Origin: Squalus acanthias
Lineage: Eukaryota
Direction: 5' to 3'
Length of the DNA: 64,000 bases
NCBI GenBank assembly: GCA_030390025.1
Contig: CM059433.1
Coordinates: 26,910,001-26,974,000, forward strand
Positions 58,339 through 64,000 of the stretch are shown here, piece by piece (position 1 is the stretch's first letter; each line of letters opens with the position of its first letter). The notes under the pieces were generated by a model. The model was not told the DNA's origin. It made no database searches and saw nothing but the letters and a program-made list of their open reading frames with translations. The position numbers were made by a program, and so were the translations under genes.

Positions 58339-58815
58339 GTAGGCGGGGCCTGGTGCTGGGACTCGACAGTCGCTTCGGGCGGATGCGGAGCGGGGAACAG
58401 CGGCCTGGGTGAGTGCGAGGTGCCGTGAGTGGAAGAAGGGGCCGCGGTCTTGGTTGTTGGCCCAGTCCGGGGTTGCGGGGCCGGGTGGGGAGTCCTGACT
58501 CTGTCCCGGTCCCTGGGAGCCGGCGCTCCCTCCCCCTCCGGCCGAGCTGGCGCCGTGCCCGGCGGCCTGACGCTGCTCTTTAGGGCGAGGCCAAGCCGCG
58601 GCTACCCGGGAGCTGGGGCTCGGGCTGGGCCTGGCAAAATCCAGGCCGCAGGGCCCGGGCCCAGGCACAGGCCCACGGTAGCGGCCGGCACAATTCGCGC
58701 CTCCGAAAGGCCGGGGGGAAGGAGCTTCCGCCCGGCACCAGCCCGACAGGAGGCCGGGGGATTCCTGCGGGAGGGACCTCCACAGGGGGCTACAGAGGGG
58801 GCTGGGGGCGGGGGA
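58339..58815 (+). promoter_or_regulatory. CpG island, probable promoter and first exon of an unidentified gene (donor TGG|GTGAGT at 58408/58409)
   Basis: CpG-dense in a CpG-poor window; GGCGGGGC box at 58341; consensus 5' splice site. Confidence 0.7.
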
Positions 58816-58884
58816 GTATCACTGAAGTATCATACTGGACCCAGCTGAGGTAGTTCATGGGTTGAGGGGTATTATATGGGATGA

Positions 58885-59935
58885 GTATTATGGGGTGTTA
58901 TGTGGGGTGGGGGTTATAGGGTGTTATGTGGGGTGGGGGTTATAGGGTGTTATGTGGGGTGGGGGTTATAGGGTGTTATGTGGGGTGGGGATTATAGGGT
59001 GTTATGTGGGGTGGGGGTTATAGGGTGTTATGTGGGGTGGGGGTTATAGGGTGTTATGTGGGGTGGGGGTTATAGGGTGTTATGTGGGGTGGGGGTTATA
59101 GGGTGTTATGTGGGGTGGGGGTTATAGGGTGTTATGTGGGGTGGGGGTTATAGGGTGTTATGTGGGGTGGGGGTTATAGGGTGTTATGTGGGGTGGGGGT
59201 TATAGGGTGTTATGTGGGGTGGGGATTATAGGGTGTTATGTGGGGTGGGGATTATAGGGTGTTATGTGGGGTGGGGGTTATAGGGTGTTATGTGGGGTGG
59301 GGATTATAGGGTGTTATGTGGGGTGGGGATTATAGGGTGTTATGTGGGGTGGGGGTTATATGGGGTGTTATGTGGGGTGGGGATTATGGGTGTTATGTGG
59401 GGTGGGGGTTATGGGGTGTTATGTGGGGTGGGGGTTATGGGGTGTTATGTGGGGTGGGGGTTATGGGGTGTTATGTGGGGTGGGGGTTATGGGGTGTTAT
59501 GTGGGGTGGGGGTTATGGGGTGTTATGTGGGGTGGGGGTTATGGGGTGTTATGTGGGGTGGGGGTTATGGGGTGTTATGTGGGGTGGGGGTTATGGGCTG
59601 TTATGTGGGGTGGGGATTATAGGGTGTTATGTGGGGTGGGGATTATAGGGTGTTATGTGGGGTGGGGATTATAGGGTGTTATGTGGGGTGGGGGTTATAG
59701 GGTGTTATGTGGGGTGGGGGTTATGTGGGGTGGGGGTTATGTGGGGTGGGGGTTATGTGGGGTGGGGGTTATGTGGGGTGGGGGTTATGTGGGGTGGGGG
59801 TTATGTGGGGTGGGGGTTATGTGGGGTGGGGGTTATGTGGGGTGGGGGTTATATGGGGTGTGGGGTGGGGATTATGGGGTGTTATGTGGGGTGGAGATTA
59901 TGGGGTGTTATGTGGGGTGGGGATTATATGGGGTG
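58885..59935. repeat. G-rich 26-bp minisatellite (gggtgttatgtggggtgggggttata)n, changing to a 16-bp unit near 59700
   Basis: Dozens of tandem copies with G3-G5 runs. Confidence 0.95.
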
Positions 59936-59984
59936 AATGAGAGTTATTGTGGGGGATGTGGGCTGTAGGGGGTGGGGGCTGTGA

Positions 59985-60502
59985 GTAGATTGGGATAATA
60001 TTCTATGGAGTTTAGAAGACTGGGAGGTGATCTCATTGAAATGTATGGGGTGAGTGTTGTATGGGGTGAGTGTTATGAGAAGATTGGGATAATATTCTAT
60101 GGAGTTTAGAAGACTGGGAGGTGATCTCATTGAAACATATAAGATTCTGAAGGGGATTGACAGGTTTGATGCCGAGAGGCTGTTCCCCTGGCTGGAGAAA
60201 CTAGAACTAGGGGGCACAGTCTCAGGATAAGGGGTTGGCCATTTAAGACTGAGATTAGGAGGAATTTCTTCACTAAGAGCGTTGTGAATCTTTGGAATTC
60301 TCTACCTCAAAGGGCTGTGGATGCTGAATCATTGAGTATATTCAAGGCTGAGAGAGATCGTTTTTTGGACTTTAGAGGAATCAAGGGATATGGCGATCGG
60401 GCAGGAAAGTAGAGTTGAAGCGAAGATCAGCCATGATTTTATTGAATGGCGGAGCAGGCTCAAGGGGCTGAATGACCTACTCCTGCTCCTCATTCTTATG
60501 TT
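59985..60502 (+). mobile_element. CR1 3' fragment with a short duplicated 5' piece
   Basis: agattgggataatattctatggagtttagaagactgggaggtgatctcattgaaa occurs twice; standard CR1 tail. Confidence 0.85.
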
Positions 60503-62539
60503 ATATAGTATGGGTGTTATGAGGATTATACAGGGTGAGTATTGTAAGGGTTAATATGCGGGTGAGTATTATGAGGGTTATATGCTATGGGTAGCATAGA
60601 AGGATGCATATTATATCGGAGTAATATGAGAGTTGTAATATTGTATGTGGTGTGAGTATAATACAAGGTGTATTATATATGTCTGAACAACATCACCTGC
60701 AAGATTCATTCCATCCTGGTGTAGACATTTATCACGTTTCATTCATTGTCACTCAATCAATATATGGAATATGCTACCTGATACTATTGAGAGTGCAATC
60801 ACTACAAGGACTGCAGCAGGTCAAGGAGATGGCCAACAAATGTGGCCTTGCCAGTGTCACCCACATCCTGAGAACAAATGTAAAATATAAAGATTGAGTC
60901 TTCTATAGGCTTGCAAGTATTATGTAGTGGTGGGCGGGGGCGGAAAGTGAGTTGTATGGGGGAGTGTTACAAGTTTTGGGTCTGCCTTAGATATTCTCTC
61001 GGGTGCAGTGGTGATTCCTGTAAGCGGTCTAAATGTCTGGTGTTCAGAAGTGTGGCCCTAACTGCCCAATTTCTAATTCTATGGTGGCATAACCCAGGGG
61101 GTGTAAAACGGGCCCCTTTGTGATCTGAACTGGCTACTGAGAGGTAGAAGTTCCCAGTGTCCTGCTCTAATGCCTCTGGGGTATCCACCAAAGGGGAGAT
61201 CGGGAGAACCCATGCGGAAGTTGCTTTAACTTGTCTTTCGCTCCTCCGATCTTTTTGAAGGTGGACTGAAACACTTGGCAAGATGAGGCCAAATGCGAAT
61301 CATTAAGCTGCTTTATTTCCACAGCCAGCAAGTGAACATACAGAGTAGCAGTCAAAGCAAATCCCACTTAACTCAATCTCGCTTCTTTCCTGGAAACATA
61401 GGAAAAGATAATAAATCAGCCCACAAAAAGAAACGTGGCACTTGGTTTACTTGTTTTTGACATAATCTTTCTTTCTAGGCAACGTCTAAATAGAAACTCT
61501 GAAGTGAATGTTCAGCTTCCATCTCCGGGCCCTAGACTGTGTCTTGCAAGCCTTTTTCAAAACTTGACTGCCCAAGATTTTACCTTTTCTGTTAATCCTG
61601 AGCCCCCAGAAGCAAGTGGGCAGTGTCTCTGACACCTTCCCATGCTGGACTTGCCAGCTGACTACCCACTCCCCAGGGCTATATTCTCTGCAGACACCCT
61701 ACGTGAATTGGATTGTCCTCACCAAAATGGGTGAGAGTACTTGTTGGTCACTTGCGACAAGATGATGAATCACTTAACATCCCTGGGTCATCCTGTCTAA
61801 TGGGCCTGGAGTGATAGAATTGACCCTCGTTGCATCAGTTTGAAATAGACTGAGTTGTGAAATTACCCAGACTGCCTCCTCCGATAGTCAGTGTATCCAA
61901 CCTGTGGCCTTTCTTTATAAAAATGTGAAAGTTCACTTTGCTTTAAAACATAACTCTTAAACATAACTCAAACCCAAAATCTTATGGTGGCGGCTCTGGT
62001 ATGAAGGGTGAGTATTACATAGCAGGTGAATATTACATGGCAGGTGAACATTAGAGACTGAGTACTGTATAGTTTGAATACTGTATCGTGGTGAGCATTA
62101 TATGGGGCGTGAGTATTTTATGAATGGTGAGAGTATTATCTGAGGGGTTGAATTGGGAGTGTTTTATATGGGGTGTGGTTCTTGCAAAGAGGGGTGTATC
62201 TTGTCTGGGAATATTACATGGGGTGTCAGTATTGTGTGGGCGATGTATTATATAGGAGTATAGGTATTGTGTGGGAGCTGTGGGTATTATCTGATGGGGG
62301 TGTATGGTAGTATTATGAGGAATGAATGTTGTATTTGTCATGAGTATTATGAGGATGCGACTATTACAGAGCTGAGTATTCTGTGATATAAGCATTGTAT
62401 GAAAGTTATATAGGAGTGAATATGTGCAGGTGAATATTATACAGGAGTGAGTATTATGAGTATATATGGCTTTTGTGAGCATTATTTGAAGGTGAGTGTT
62501 ACATGAGGTTTGAGTATTATGATCAATGCATGCGTTTTT

Positions 62540-64000
62540 ATTTTTTTAATTCATTCACGGGATGTGGGCGTCGCCAGTATTTATTGCCATCCCTAGTTGC
62601 CCTTGGGAAGATGGTGGTGAGCTGCCTTCTTGAGACGCTGCAGTCCGTGTGGTGAAGGTACTCCCACAGTGCTGGAAGGGAGGGAGTTCCAAGAATTTTA
62701 CCCAGCAACGATGAAGGAACGGTGATATATTTCCAAGTCAGGATGGTGTATGACTTGGAGGTGGTGGTATCCCCATACACCTGCTGCCCTTGTCCTTGTA
62801 GGTGGTAAAGGTCGTGGGTTTGGGAGATGCTGTCAAAGAAGCCTTGGCGAGTTGCTGCCATGCATCTTGTAGATGGTACACACGGCAGCCACGTTGCGCC
62901 GGTAGTGGAGCGAGTGAATGTTTAAGGTGGTGGATGCGATGCAGATCAAACGGGCTACTTTGTCATGGATGGTGTCGAGCTTCTTGAGTGTTGTTAGAGC
63001 TGCACTCATCCAGGCAAGTGGAGAGTATTCCATCACACTCCTTACTTGTGCCTTGTAGATGGTGGAAAGGCTTTGGGGAGTGGGGAGGTGAGTCTCTCGC
63101 TGGAGAATACCCAGCCTCTTGACCTGTTCTTGTAGCCACAGTATTTATGTGGCTGGTCCAGTTAAGTTGCTGATCAATGGTGACCCCTAGAATGTTGATA
63201 GTGGGGGATTTAGTGATGGTAATGCCATTTAATGACAAGGGGAAGTGGTTAGACTCTTGTTGGAGACGGTCATTGTCTGGCACATGTGTGGCGCAAATGT
63301 TACTTGCCACTTATCAGCCAAAGCCTGGATGTTGTCCAGGTCTTGCTGTATGCGGGCACTGACTGCTTCATTATCTGAGGAATTGCGAATGGAACTGAAC
63401 ACTGTGCAATCATCAGCGAACATCCCCACTTCTGACCTTCTGATGGAGGGAAAGTCATTGATGAAGCAGCTGAAGATGGTTGGGTCTAGGACACTGCCCG
63501 AAGGAACTCCTGCAGCGCTGTCTTGGGGCTGAGATACTTGGCCTTAAATAACCACAACCATCTTCCTCTGTGCTAGGTACGACTCCAGCCAGTGGAGAGT
63601 TTTCCCCCTGATTCCCATTGACTTCAATTTTACTAGGGCTTCTTGATGTCAAGGGCAGTCAATCTCAGCTCACCTCTGGAATTCAGCTCTTTTGTCCATG
63701 TTTGGACCAAGGCTGTAATGAGGTCTGGAGCCGAGTGGTCCTGGCGGAACCCAAACTGAGCATCAGTGAGCAGGTTATTGGTGAGTAAGTGCCGCTTCAT
63801 AGCACTGTCGACGACACCTTCCATCAGTTTGCTTATGATTGAGAGTATACTGATGGAGCGGTAATTGTCCAGATTGGATTTGTCCTGCTTTTTGTGGACA
63901 GGACATACCTGGGCAATTTTCCACTTTATCAGGTTGATGCCAGCATTGTAGCTGTACTGGAATAGCTTGGCTAAAGGCACGGCTAGTTCTGGAGCACAAG
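62540..64000 (-). mobile_element. LINE 3' part (RT), same family as 1-2290
   Basis: PLAKLFQYSYN...WKIAQVCPVHKKQDKSN, VGMFADDC, MEYSPLAW; tail gcgacgcccacatcccgtgaatgaatt. Confidence 0.92.

Noticed and set aside
56965..59968. Pro-rich and Gly-rich ORFs around the CpG island
   Set aside because: They are low-complexity and minisatellite translations.

Overview
Repeat-rich vertebrate genomic DNA, almost certainly from a cartilaginous fish (HE1-type V-SINE, HER1/CR1 LINEs, Deu-domain SINEs). One host gene can be assembled by eye on the + strand: eight phase-compatible exons (4988-51491) encoding a ZP-domain protein with 10 Cys, a furin site (RMRR), an external hydrophobic patch and a TM helix. 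Its 5' exon(s) were not found. The most striking element is a very young 7.77-kb endogenous retrovirus (24520-32289, - strand) inserted into a 39-bp minisatellite in an intron of that gene. It has two 516-bp LTRs in which I saw no differences, a 5-bp TSD, a tRNA-Ser PBS, and open gag and pol in one frame separated by a single UGA. It also carries a 68-bp hairpin array in the leader and only a membrane-anchor remnant of env. Other elements: a TIR/TSD-complete Harbinger derivative with a spliced Myb/SANT gene, two MITEs, a Penelope fragment with a decayed hammerhead ribozyme, many CR1/L2/Tx1 LINE pieces, and a CpG-island promoter (~58.3-58.8 kb) at which strand skew flips. All calls are by eye. 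Boundaries of decayed repeats are approximate, and family assignments need database or phylogenetic confirmation.
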